Shown here in pieces: positions 52,251-60,570 of a stretch of DNA of 64,000 nt. The notes beneath the pieces are model-generated. The model saw only the letters and a program-made list of their open reading frames with translations, had not been told where the DNA came from and ran no database searches. The stretch's first letter is position 1. The number at the start of each line of letters is the position of its first letter. Made by a program: the position numbers and the translations under genes. The stretch spans positions 864,001-928,000 of the forward strand of contig OY970368.1 in assembly GCA_963718615.1 (NCBI GenBank), in the 5' to 3' direction. The DNA comes from an uncultured cyanobacterium. Its GTDB lineage: Bacteria; Cyanobacteriota; Cyanobacteriia; PCC-9006; JAAUQQ01.

Positions 52251-52394
52251 AAAAAGCCTTTGGGAGAAGCCGGGTCTGTCTACTTCCCCCAAAGCGCAGA
52301 GAGGAGAGTATCGATTGTGAATTAGTTCTCTAGACCAAACTCTTCGGAGAGCCGAATCGTTCCTTGGCTTTATTGAGAATTAAAATCATTAGCT
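52251..52394 (-). ncRNA. Candidate Fur-regulated sRNA or attenuated leader
   Basis: On the minus strand: CTCTCCTCTCT, then a 12-bp stem (52258-52269/52283-52294) and a T5 tract; TAGTCT -10 at 52401-52406 flanked by Fur-like boxes. The 5' end is uncertain. Confidence 0.5.
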
Positions 52395-52423
52395 TGATGA
52401 AGACTAGTTTAGAATCTTTCTCA
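52374..52423. promoter_or_regulatory. Two Fur-like 7-1-7 boxes
   Basis: TGAGAAT-T-AAAATCA (52374-52388) and TTAGAAT-C-TTTCTCA (52409-52423). Confidence 0.55.
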
Positions 52424-52655
52424 AGAAGAAGCTATTAAGTTTTATTTAAAACTGTTGTTTAAGCTACAAAAAGCTCTGAAAGTCTTTGTCTTGTAGGAAT
52501 TTTTAGTAATTTTCAAGTATTGAATAGACAGCAAAAAACCAAGATCAGAGATTCTGCCTTGGCCAAAAAGGAAGGTACATGAAAATTTTGTCATTAACTA
52601 ATGCTTGAGCATCCCTGTCCGCTTGAGAAAGTGGAGCCGAATTAGGGGACTGTGC

Positions 52656-53252
52656 TCACGTCGTCGATCCAATGCAGGCTAGGGTCTGGGGAAAATGCTT
52701 AGCTAAAATTTGGGGCAGATCATCGGGATTGACTTGTTGATATCGCATTCTGCCAATCACTAAATTAGGGCCTTTACTACATTGCTTAAGACATCCGGTT
52801 AGGTGCAGTTTGGCTCGATCTTGAAGATTTTGCTCCCTGAGTTCCGCCTCTAAGGCTTCACAAAGCGATCGCCCCCCTCGCTTGCGACAGGCTGATTTTT
52901 GACAGACCAAAATCTGGGTTTTAGGCCCTTGTTCTGGCAAAGGAAGTATCGTTTCTAAAGCAGACTCCAACGATTCTGGAACTGTATTGATTGCAGGTAA
53001 AAGCTGGTGAACTTTGAGTTTCAGCCGACCTTCTTTCCATTCTTGAGTCCCAGAAATCAAAACTTGGTCTCCCACGGTCAGTTGACCCTGCAAAGCAGCA
53101 CGGAGTAAATCATCCCGAGCGGTATTGTCCAGCTTTAACCAGTACGGCCCTTGGGAGGTTTCGAGCTGAATGCGCCGAATTTTATAACCTTTGAGCTCAT
53201 AGCCTAGAAATTTACCCAGTAGACTAAAGCTCATCTTTTGAGAACAGCTCAT
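52656..53252 (-). CDS. Thioredoxin-like [2Fe-2S] ferredoxin domain protein (IdiC-like)
   Basis: ILVCQKSACRKRGG...TGCLKQCSKGPNL four-Cys motif preceded by an N-terminal domain. Confidence 0.85.
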   Translation of the reverse strand: MSCSQKMSFSLLGKFLGYELKGYKIRRIQLETSQGPYWLKLDNTARDDLLRAALQGQLTVGDQVLISGTQEWKEGRLKLKVHQLLPAINTVPESLESALETILPLPEQGPKTQILVCQKSACRKRGGRSLCEALEAELREQNLQDRAKLHLTGCLKQCSKGPNLVIGRMRYQQVNPDDLPQILAKHFPQTLACIGSTT

Positions 53253-53258
53253 GGCGAA

Positions 53259-53489
53259 TTACTTAGAAAGATGATGGCGATCGCGCTGCCAGGTCCATGA
53301 AACCCGCAGTACCCAAATCGAGAACAAGACTGAAACCCCCAGCAAAAGCCAATGATGCCAAATCGTGGGATTAAAGGCTGAGGACGGGTTCGGGGGTACT
53401 GAAACCTGAGCAATCACTGGCTGCTCAGTCATAACAGGCTGTGAAGTTGAAGTCGATTGTGAAATAAGTCGTGAAATCGGTTCTGTCAT
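53259..53489 (-). CDS. Small single-TM protein
   Basis: 76 aa with a C-terminal TM helix; GGAG RBS; 6 bp from the IdiC-like gene. Confidence 0.55.
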   Translation of the reverse strand: MTEPISRLISQSTSTSQPVMTEQPVIAQVSVPPNPSSAFNPTIWHHWLLLGVSVLFSIWVLRVSWTWQRDRHHLSK

Positions 53490-53537
53490 AGCGCTGATCT
53501 ACCTGGAGATAAGGCTGCAAGATGCAGAAGACAACAT

Positions 53538-53600
53538 TGAAAGCTATTGTCGATAAGCCCGGCTGTAGGACAGCTTACGTTCATTTGAGAACTATTGTCA
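53538..53600. promoter_or_regulatory. Two Fur-like boxes
   Basis: TGAAAGC-T-ATTGTCG (53538-53552) and TGAGAAC-T-ATTGTCA (53586-53600). Confidence 0.55.
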
Positions 53601-54060
53601 AGTGAAAAATCAATCCTAGAGGCGTATCCTCAGCCTTAGGAATCCTGTTTCAACAGGTTTAAGCGTTTAGCCTGGGGTTTGAACCCTAGGCAGTCATCGC
53701 AATCGGTGCAAGATCTCAGTTCAGGCTGATTGCCGATACTCGGATTCGGCCAAACTTGATCGTAGCCCGTTAGATTAATGATAAACCTTTGCGTTCCGGG
53801 ACTCTAAGCCCGAGAAAACGTACGAAAATATAAGCTTTTCAGGACTTCTCAAACAATCTGGTGACAAATGATGTCAATAAGGATATAGTGGTTTTCAGAA
53901 AGCTATTGGTTTAGATCTCAGGGAAACTCAGGTCATCCCTCAGGTTAATATTCGGATTAACGCCAATCGCCCTAACTTTTATCCCATTGGCATCTGCCAG
54001 CAGTGTGAAGGTTAAGGCGATCGCAGGCTATTAGGGCAATTCAGGTCGTCACGCAAAGAC

Positions 54061-54636
54061 CTAGCCGAGGCGAGTCACGAGAGTGTCCAATGCCAAGAAG
54101 TGGTCAAGGTGATAGGCCCGTTCCTCAGTTTTGAGCAGAATTTGTTCGTAGAGGTAACGGCTAGCGCGATCGCCCAAACTTTCAGCCTGTGCCGCCTGAC
54201 GTCGGAGCATTTGGATGATGCTTTGTTCGGCTTTCAAATCGTTTTCAACCATTTGACGGCTCGTAAAGGCACCATCCGGTTCGGGCGTAAAACAGCACAG
54301 TTCTGCTAACTTCGTAAAACTGGTTGCTGGAATTCCACCTAAGCCGTTGAGGCGTTCACCGACACTATGGGTATGGTCTTGGGCGGCTTCATAGGAGTCC
54401 TCAAAGAACTCATGCAGACTGTAAAACTCGGCCCCTTCTACCACAAAGTGATGCTTCTGATATTGCAAGTAAAGGGCCTGGAAACTGGCTAGCGCAATGT
54501 TAAGACCTTCACAAATCGGTTCAGTGGCTGTGCGATCCAATAGCACGACATTATCCGCGACTTCTCCAAATGCTCGTAGTGGGGTTTGTGCAGTAGACAT
54601 AGAGCCAGATATGGAGCCAGACGTAGAGTCAGACAT
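54061..54636 (-). CDS. dpsA: Dps family protein
   Basis: [32 protein letters not shown] and TEERAYHL motifs; GGAGG RBS. Confidence 0.93.
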   Translation of the reverse strand: MSDSTSGSISGSMSTAQTPLRAFGEVADNVVLLDRTATEPICEGLNIALASFQALYLQYQKHHFVVEGAEFYSLHEFFEDSYEAAQDHTHSVGERLNGLGGIPATSFTKLAELCCFTPEPDGAFTSRQMVENDLKAEQSIIQMLRRQAAQAESLGDRASRYLYEQILLKTEERAYHLDHFLALDTLVTRLG

Positions 54637-54748
54637 AGGGTCACCTCCCAATGAGTTGAAACAATCGTGATGCGATTTAGATCACTGTCATATTAGCAGC
54701 TAAAAATTATGAAATCTGAGCTCGATCAAAACAGAATCTCTTGGTGCC

Positions 54749-54763
54749 TGAGAATCATTTTTA
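54749..54763. promoter_or_regulatory. Fur/PerR-like box
   Basis: TGAGAAT-C-ATTTTTA between divergent dpsA and the InsA-like gene. Confidence 0.5.
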
Positions 54764-54825
54764 TTAATAGAGATAGCTTAAGCAGTCTATCTCAGGCTGA
54801 TTAACTATCGCTGCACAGATACGTC

Positions 54826-55125
54826 ATGAATTGCCCCCATTGTGCCTCTAGTTCAATCATCAAAAATGGGCGCAGAAAAAATCGACAAAATTATCGATGT
54901 AAATCCTGTGGAAAGCAATTTTTGGAATTTTATAATCCGAGAGGCTATCCCAGCATGGTCAGGCAGATCTGTATTCGTATGCATCAAAATGGCATGACTT
55001 ACCGGGAAATCGAACGCTTAACCGGAGTTAGTCACAATACGGTTATTGGTTGGGTGCGAGAGTTAGATACAGCAGAAGCGATCGCAATTGAGATCAATTT
55101 AGTTGAGAAAGTAGAGGAACCATGA
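54826..55125 (+). CDS. Stand-alone IS1 InsA-like Zn-ribbon + HTH protein
   Basis: CPHC...KNG...QNYRCKSCGKQF, then GMTYREIERLTGVSHNTVIGWV; no DDE/InsB ORF follows. Confidence 0.8.
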   Translation: MNCPHCASSSIIKNGRRKNRQNYRCKSCGKQFLEFYNPRGYPSMVRQICIRMHQNGMTYREIERLTGVSHNTVIGWVRELDTAEAIAIEINLVEKVEEP

Positions 55126-55353
55126 CCCAAACAATTATCTTTTTTAGCGCTGAATCTATCATGACAAAACTGTGCAGGCCATAATTAGTTCGCAAAAATT
55201 AGGCATATCATTCCCAACACGATTTAGCTTCACTCATGGGAGTTATTTTCAAAAAAAATATCAATATATTTTTCTATCTTTTAATTTTGTGATCTCAAGT
55301 TTGTTTTTCTTGACACTGCAATTCACACATTGATTGACATTAGGAGAAACCCA

Positions 55354-55596
55354 ATGATTGTTGTTCAAGCTGAAGACCGCTGGCAAGTTTATCGCCGTTT
55401 GCAAGAGCTAGAGATTGATTGCAGTTGTCGGGCACATCAGCCGTTGTATGTGCAGGTGAATACGCCCTATCAATTGCTCCAGGTTTGGGCAACCCTGCAA
55501 AGAATAGACGGCACTCGGTCTAGATTAATTGAACGGTTGAGGCTGTGTTGGCTACTACCAACGGCTCTGGAGACTAAGCCGATCGATCCGGGCTAG
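55354..55596 (+). CDS. Asr1405/Asl0597-family protein
   Basis: DRWQVYRRLQELEIDC.C...QPL motif; AGGAGA RBS. Confidence 0.8.
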   Translation: MIVVQAEDRWQVYRRLQELEIDCSCRAHQPLYVQVNTPYQLLQVWATLQRIDGTRSRLIERLRLCWLLPTALETKPIDPG

Positions 55597-55638
55597 GGTT
55601 TTGGCGTTGAAGGGCTGGATGAGCCATGGAGATCGCCG

Positions 55639-56451
55639 TTAAAAGAGTTCTCCTTTAAAAATTGTCACGGCTTGCCCCGCGAGGATGACGCGATCGCCCG
55701 CCACTTCAACCTGAACCACCCCACCCCGAGTAGAGGCCTGATAGGCCAGCATTTGAGATTTGCCGAGGCGATCGCCCCAGTAAGCCGCCAGTCCACAATG
55801 GGCTGAGCCTGTCACTGGATCTTCGTTGATGCCAAACCGAGGAGCAAAAAACCGGGAAACAAAATCATAGGGAGCGTTGCCGCGACTGGTGACGATCACG
55901 GCATGGAACGGCAGAGTTTTGAGCAGCGCAAAATCAGGCTGAAGCTGCTGGACGATCTCGGGGGTTGCCACCTCAACAAAACAATAGCCAAGGCTGTCTT
56001 GGGAAAGCGCTGTCTTTTGGGGATCGAGGTCGAGGTGAAGCGATCGCCCCAGATCCAGCGGCAGCTCCGTTAGGCGTTGGGGAAGCTGGATCGGAAAGTT
56101 AAGTGCAATCCAGTCCCCTGGCAGGACATTGGACTGAAGCTGGGCGGTGAGCAGACCACTCCGCGTTTGAAAACGTGCGGCTTGATGCGGTGGCAGAAGT
56201 CCTTCGCTCCAAAGGGCATGGGCACTGGCTAAGGTTGCATGACCACAGAGATCCACTTCAACCGCAGGCGTGAACCAGCGGAGCCGATAGCCATCCCCTT
56301 CTGGTAACAAAAACGCTGTTTCCGACAAATTCATTTCCTGGGCCAGTTGCTGCATCCAGGTATCGGACTTGGGACTTTCTAGGAGACAAACTGCTGCTGG
56401 ATTGCCGCTAAATGCTTGATTGGTAAACGCATCAATTTGAAGAATTTTCAT
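55639..56451 (-). CDS. PhzF-family isomerase
   Basis: IDAF...GNPAAV, EMNLSETAF, EVDLCGHATLA and EDPVTGSAHC motifs. Confidence 0.94.
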   Translation of the reverse strand: MKILQIDAFTNQAFSGNPAAVCLLESPKSDTWMQQLAQEMNLSETAFLLPEGDGYRLRWFTPAVEVDLCGHATLASAHALWSEGLLPPHQAARFQTRSGLLTAQLQSNVLPGDWIALNFPIQLPQRLTELPLDLGRSLHLDLDPQKTALSQDSLGYCFVEVATPEIVQQLQPDFALLKTLPFHAVIVTSRGNAPYDFVSRFFAPRFGINEDPVTGSAHCGLAAYWGDRLGKSQMLAYQASTRGGVVQVEVAGDRVILAGQAVTIFKGELF

Positions 56452-56464
56452 GAGGTTTGATTCG

Positions 56465-57061
56465 TCAAGGAAAAGGGACGTTTTCCACTTGGAAAATGCT
56501 CATCCCCATAATGTGAGCATCAACCTTGGGATTATTTGTATTGATCGTGACATGCAGAGGTTCGTTTTCAATCGCCACTCCATAGCCTCCATAACGCTGC
56601 CATCTGCCCAAGGCCAACTTACCCACATCCGTCGCAACGCACTCGTTGCCAATGCTGATTTCTAAGGCGTGCCAATAGGTTTTGTAGTTTTCTAAAATCC
56701 ACAAATAGATTTCATAGTTGCCATTGGGCAGATCCTGGGTGATTTCCAGGGTCTGCGGCTTATAGATGACAGAATTGAGCATGATTGCAATTTCAGGCTC
56801 TGCTTTTGGTTTGATTTTGACCTGAGTGGTCGCAGACTGAATACCGGAGACAGACAATCCCTCCGCCAAGGCTTCTTCAAAGCTCAGCCAAGACTCACCT
56901 TGAATCGTGAGGCGATCGCCCCCAAAATTAATCCCCTTGACAAACTTGCCTGAAGTAACGGTGAAAAGTGATTCGGCGAAACGTGATTCGATAGAACGCG
57001 ATTCAGTAGAACCAAACAAACTTTTTACGCGATCGGTTAAACGAGAAAACATAGTATTCAT
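56465..57061 (-). CDS. Hypothetical protein, possible malectin/CBM-like beta-sandwich
   Basis: GINFGG...LPNGNYEIYLW..EN...WQRYG pattern; beta-rich. Confidence 0.6.
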   Translation of the reverse strand: MNTMFSRLTDRVKSLFGSTESRSIESRFAESLFTVTSGKFVKGINFGGDRLTIQGESWLSFEEALAEGLSVSGIQSATTQVKIKPKAEPEIAIMLNSVIYKPQTLEITQDLPNGNYEIYLWILENYKTYWHALEISIGNECVATDVGKLALGRWQRYGGYGVAIENEPLHVTINTNNPKVDAHIMGMSIFQVENVPFP

Positions 57062-57115
57062 TAATACTCAAGGTCTTCTACAGTATCTAGCAAATCGTCC
57101 TAGTCTCGCTCAGCC

Positions 57116-57595
57116 TCACCAAATCCTCAACATCTGATTTCCTCCTTTCTGTAGCTCATAGGATACGGTTACGACTTCAGCCTTGAGGCCTTGGGCCTTT
57201 GCCCAAGTTTGCACAGGGACTAGATCTGGCGAGCGCTTCAAGGCCAGTGTCATCAGCGGAAAGATGCGAACTTCCGTGGCAACTCGACAGAGTTCAGCGA
57301 TCGCCTCCAAATGAAACGCCGGTGGCAACAGATCCGAGTACAAAAACAAAAATGCGAACACAAAGCCAAGTCAAATGAGCCATTTGCAAATGGTAAATGG
57401 GGGAGCTCTGCTTGAAGATATCGGCCCGCTTTTAGCCCTAATTCGTAATCCACTAAAAACGTATTCAGCGCCTGGATACGATTGTGCCTGAGCTCACTCC
57501 GGTTGCGATGAAAAGACCACACCCAGTCTTGAGGCTTTGCTGATTTCTTAGAGCGATCGCCCAAACGGAACGACTCGTTCTAAAACCATACTCAT
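57116..57595 (-). pseudogene. SAM-dependent methyltransferase pseudogene
   Basis: Three fragments: MSMVLERVVPFGRSL*; DWVWSFH...LPHLPFANGSFDLALCSHF; FLFLYSD...EVRIFPL...YELQKGGNQML. The SAM-binding motif I region is missing. Confidence 0.8.
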
Positions 57596-57622
57596 GGCTT
57601 TAAATCCTAAATTAACGCAATC

Positions 57623-57982
57623 CTAGGGTTGATTGTAGCGAGATTCTAGCCAAATCCGGGTCGCTTGAGCCGTATCGAATTTGTGGGTTTGATGACGCAT
57701 CGAATCGATCACTTCGTAATAGGAACGACCTTGGCGATCGCGTTTCCAAGTCACTTTAGGTTCACTGCCGATGCCTGACTCCCCCGCTAGCCAGTTGACC
57801 AGGGTTTTAAGAAATTGGGTCAGTCGAGTTTTTGGAGCTTCTGCGGTAGAGGGCGATCGCCCCAGCGAGTGCGCTCGATAAAATCGACTTTCGGCAATTG
57901 CATCAAGGCTTGAAAATTTGTACCCCTGCACGGATTCAATTGCAGCGTTTTGTCTATCCTGCGATTCCTGAGAAATTTTCAT
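57623..57982 (-). CDS. Conserved cyanobacterial hypothetical protein divergent from the MocR regulator
   Basis: EPKVTWKRDRQG..YYEVID......F......RIWLESRY motif. Confidence 0.75.
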   Translation of the reverse strand: MKISQESQDRQNAAIESVQGYKFSSLDAIAESRFYRAHSLGRSPSTAEAPKTRLTQFLKTLVNWLAGESGIGSEPKVTWKRDRQGRSYYEVIDSMRHQTHKFDTAQATRIWLESRYNQP

Positions 57983-58104
57983 TCCATTTCATCCTGGGGA
58001 TGTTTCACCCCATCCTTAATCGTGGTCTCACGATTGCTATCTCATGCTCCCATTGTCTTCTCCTTCCTCCAAAGCGAACAGATTCAGTTACCCTAAATTG
58101 TAAC

Positions 58105-58160
58105 GGGTACAGTTTTAGGAAACAAAACTGTTATGCCCGATTTTCGCCAAACCTGTACCC
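58105..58160. promoter_or_regulatory. Candidate MocR operator repeats
   Basis: Inverted repeats ACAGTTTT (58109-58116)/AAAACTGT (58124-58131) and GGGTACAG (58105-58112)/CTGTACCC (58153-58160). Confidence 0.55.
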
Positions 58161-58179
58161 CTTAAAGCGAGGCACTATC

Positions 58180-59628
58180 ATGCAAACATTGGCTCACCAT
58201 CTTTCGCCAGAACTCAGCGATCGCAGTCTCTACGAACAGGTGGCCGATCGCATGGAGTCGTTAATCGCGGAAGGAACCTTGCAACCGGGCGATCGCATGC
58301 CTTCGGTGCGCAAGCTCCACAAACAGCTCTCAGTCAGCATTTCCACAGTCCTAGAAGCCTATCGCTTATTAGAAGATCGAGGACTGATCCTGGCCCGACC
58401 TCAGTCCGGCTATTACGTGCGTCAATCCGCTTTGGAAGTCCCCGCAGAGCCCATGCTCTCCATGCCCCCGGAGGATGTGCGGCGGGTGGACAATTCCCTC
58501 GCGTTTCGGCTGATGCGAGCCATTCGTGACCCCGATACAATTCAGCTCGGTGCGGCGGTTCCGGCCATGGAGTTGCTGCCGCTGAATGCGCTCAATCGCT
58601 TGATGAGCCAAGTGATTCGCCAGGATCCAGTCCTCGCCCATTCCTACGATATTCCCCCCGGCTGCGAACCCCTGCGCCATGAAATTGCTCGACGGTTGCT
58701 GGATGCAGGCTGTTCGGTTTCTCCGGATCAAGTTGTTACCACCAATGGGACCTTTGAGGGCGTGTATTTGGCGCTGCAAGCCATTACCAAACCAGGAGAC
58801 ACGATCGCCATCGAATCCCCCGCCTATTACGGCATGCTAGAAGCACTGGAAGTCCTACATCTCAACGCCCTAGAACTTCCCACCCATCCCCGCGACGGCA
58901 TTTCCCTAGAACATCTGGAAACGGCTCTGCACCGCAAACAGGTCCAAGCCTGCGCCCTCGTCTCCAATTTCAGCAATCCCCTCGGCGGTTGCATGGATGA
59001 TGCCAAGAAAAAAGCCCTAGCGGAATTGTTGGCCCAGTACGATACGCCGCTGATCGAAGACGACATCTACGGCGATTTGCATTTTGGTCCCGATCGCCCC
59101 AAGGCCATCAAAGCCTTCGATCGCCACGACCTGATCATCTATTGCAGTTCCTACAGCAAAACCCTCTCCCCAGGACTGCGGGTGGGCTGGACCGTGGCGG
59201 GGCGATATCAGGCGCGGATTGAGCAGATGAAGTGGGTGATGAACCAAACAACGGCCATTATTCCCCAACTGACGCTGGCGGCTTTTCTCAGCAATGGCGG
59301 CTACGATCGCCACCTGCGACACCTGCGCCGCGCCTACCAGGACCAAATGGCCAAAATGCGTCAGGCGATTTGCAATTATTTCCCCGAGGAAACCAAGGTC
59401 ACCCGTCCCAACGGCGGTCATGTGCTTTGGGTCGAGCTACCGCCCCCAGCGGATGCGGTGGTCCTCTACGAAAAGGCCCTAGAACATCGAATTAGCATCG
59501 CACCGGGAATCATTTTTTCTCCGTCCCAAAGTTACCGCAACTGCTTCCGGCTCAATTGCAGCAAGCCCTGGTCCGCAGAAATCGAACAGGCGATGGTAAC
59601 ACTGGGACAGTTGACCACTCAGTTTTAG
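58180..59628 (+). CDS. MocR-subfamily GntR regulator (wHTH + PLP aminotransferase-like domain)
   Basis: LYEQVA...PGDRMPSVR...ARPQSGYYV; IEDDIY and SYSKTLSPGLRVGW motifs. Confidence 0.94.
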   Translation: MQTLAHHLSPELSDRSLYEQVADRMESLIAEGTLQPGDRMPSVRKLHKQLSVSISTVLEAYRLLEDRGLILARPQSGYYVRQSALEVPAEPMLSMPPEDVRRVDNSLAFRLMRAIRDPDTIQLGAAVPAMELLPLNALNRLMSQVIRQDPVLAHSYDIPPGCEPLRHEIARRLLDAGCSVSPDQVVTTNGTFEGVYLALQAITKPGDTIAIESPAYYGMLEALEVLHLNALELPTHPRDGISLEHLETALHRKQVQACALVSNFSNPLGGCMDDAKKKALAELLAQYDTPLIEDDIYGDLHFGPDRPKAIKAFDRHDLIIYCSSYSKTLSPGLRVGWTVAGRYQARIEQMKWVMNQTTAIIPQLTLAAFLSNGGYDRHLRHLRRAYQDQMAKMRQAICNYFPEETKVTRPNGGHVLWVELPPPADAVVLYEKALEHRISIAPGIIFSPSQSYRNCFRLNCSKPWSAEIEQAMVTLGQLTTQF

Positions 59629-59680
59629 AGCGGTTTTAGAACCGCTTTAGAACCTTCCAATCCACCCAGTTCCTTCAGCC

Positions 59681-60193
59681 CTAAGATGGCAAAACTCGAT
59701 TGACCAGGGTGCTGAGCGATCGCTTGATCTTCCGATTACGCTGCCACACCTCAAACCTCCGCCGATATTCCTCCGTCCCCAGCCAGTAGGTTTTGCGAGC
59801 CTTCATGGCCAAGCCAAATCCCCAAAAGACCAACACATACAGCGACCAAGTTAGGCCACTGCTGGTCAGCAAGTTGAATAGGACTAAAAAGCCATTGATC
59901 ATCAAAAACTTCAGCGCCTGCTGTTGAAAGGCTTGGTGGCGATCGCGGTCAAAAGCCTGTCGATGCAGCAATTCCCCTTGATTCAAACGCCAATCCTGTT
60001 CAGCCACTTCAATTTCGCTAGGGCTGATTCCCAATTCGGCGGCAATTTCTAGAAGTTGCGATCGCGTCACATCTTCCTGTTCAGTTTGGCGCGCAATGGC
60101 CAAATGCAAAATTTGCTGAACTTCGTCCTGACTGTAGGAGCTTAGGTCAGAAAAGTTCGAGCCAGAAAAGTTTGAGCTAGGAGATTCAGCCAT
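59681..60193 (-). CDS. 2TM-domain protein
   Basis: YSQDEVQQILHLAIARQ...LLEIAAELGI, then two TM helices. Confidence 0.85.
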   Translation of the reverse strand: MAESPSSNFSGSNFSDLSSYSQDEVQQILHLAIARQTEQEDVTRSQLLEIAAELGISPSEIEVAEQDWRLNQGELLHRQAFDRDRHQAFQQQALKFLMINGFLVLFNLLTSSGLTWSLYVLVFWGFGLAMKARKTYWLGTEEYRRRFEVWQRNRKIKRSLSTLVNRVLPS

Positions 60194-60440
60194 AGGATGC
60201 CGCGCCAATCAATCCGTCTCTAGCCTCCCACATTTGCCAGAGACAACCTAGGGGGGATTTCTCAACTTCAGAGGACGGCTTACCCCCTCAGGAATCTATC
60301 CCAACCGTTTCAAATCTCAATAAATTTACATAGACCAGAAAAAGCCGTCACAATAGGCTTTCTGGCGCTTGTGTGATTCCAATCACGGGAGATCGTCGTT
60401 GATACTACTTTCTTTTTTGGGGAAGTCAGTGCATATTATA

Positions 60441-60524
60441 GATGGCTCAACTTTAGCCGAGTCATCAACAGGGAACACACAGTTGGCCGACGGAGATCTT
60501 TTGAGATCATCGTCGGTTTTTTTT
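60441..60524 (+). ncRNA. Candidate orphan two-hairpin sRNA
   Basis: Hairpin GATGGCTC/GAGTCATC, an A/C-rich linker, then terminator CCGACGG..GATCT-TTTG-AGATC..TCGTCGG + T8; both flanking genes are on the minus strand. Confidence 0.65.
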
Positions 60525-60570
60525 CGTTAACGGAATTTTCTCCGTGGGTCCCAAAATCAAGCAATTTCAG

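Noticed and set aside
54826-55125. Active IS1 element
   Set aside because: No InsB/DDE domain, terminal inverted repeats or target duplication visible; kept only as a solo InsA-like gene.
57898-58179. 94-aa N-terminal extension of the MocR regulator
   Set aside because: It starts at a TTG overlapping the divergent gene and operator region; the GntR domain begins just after ATG 58180.
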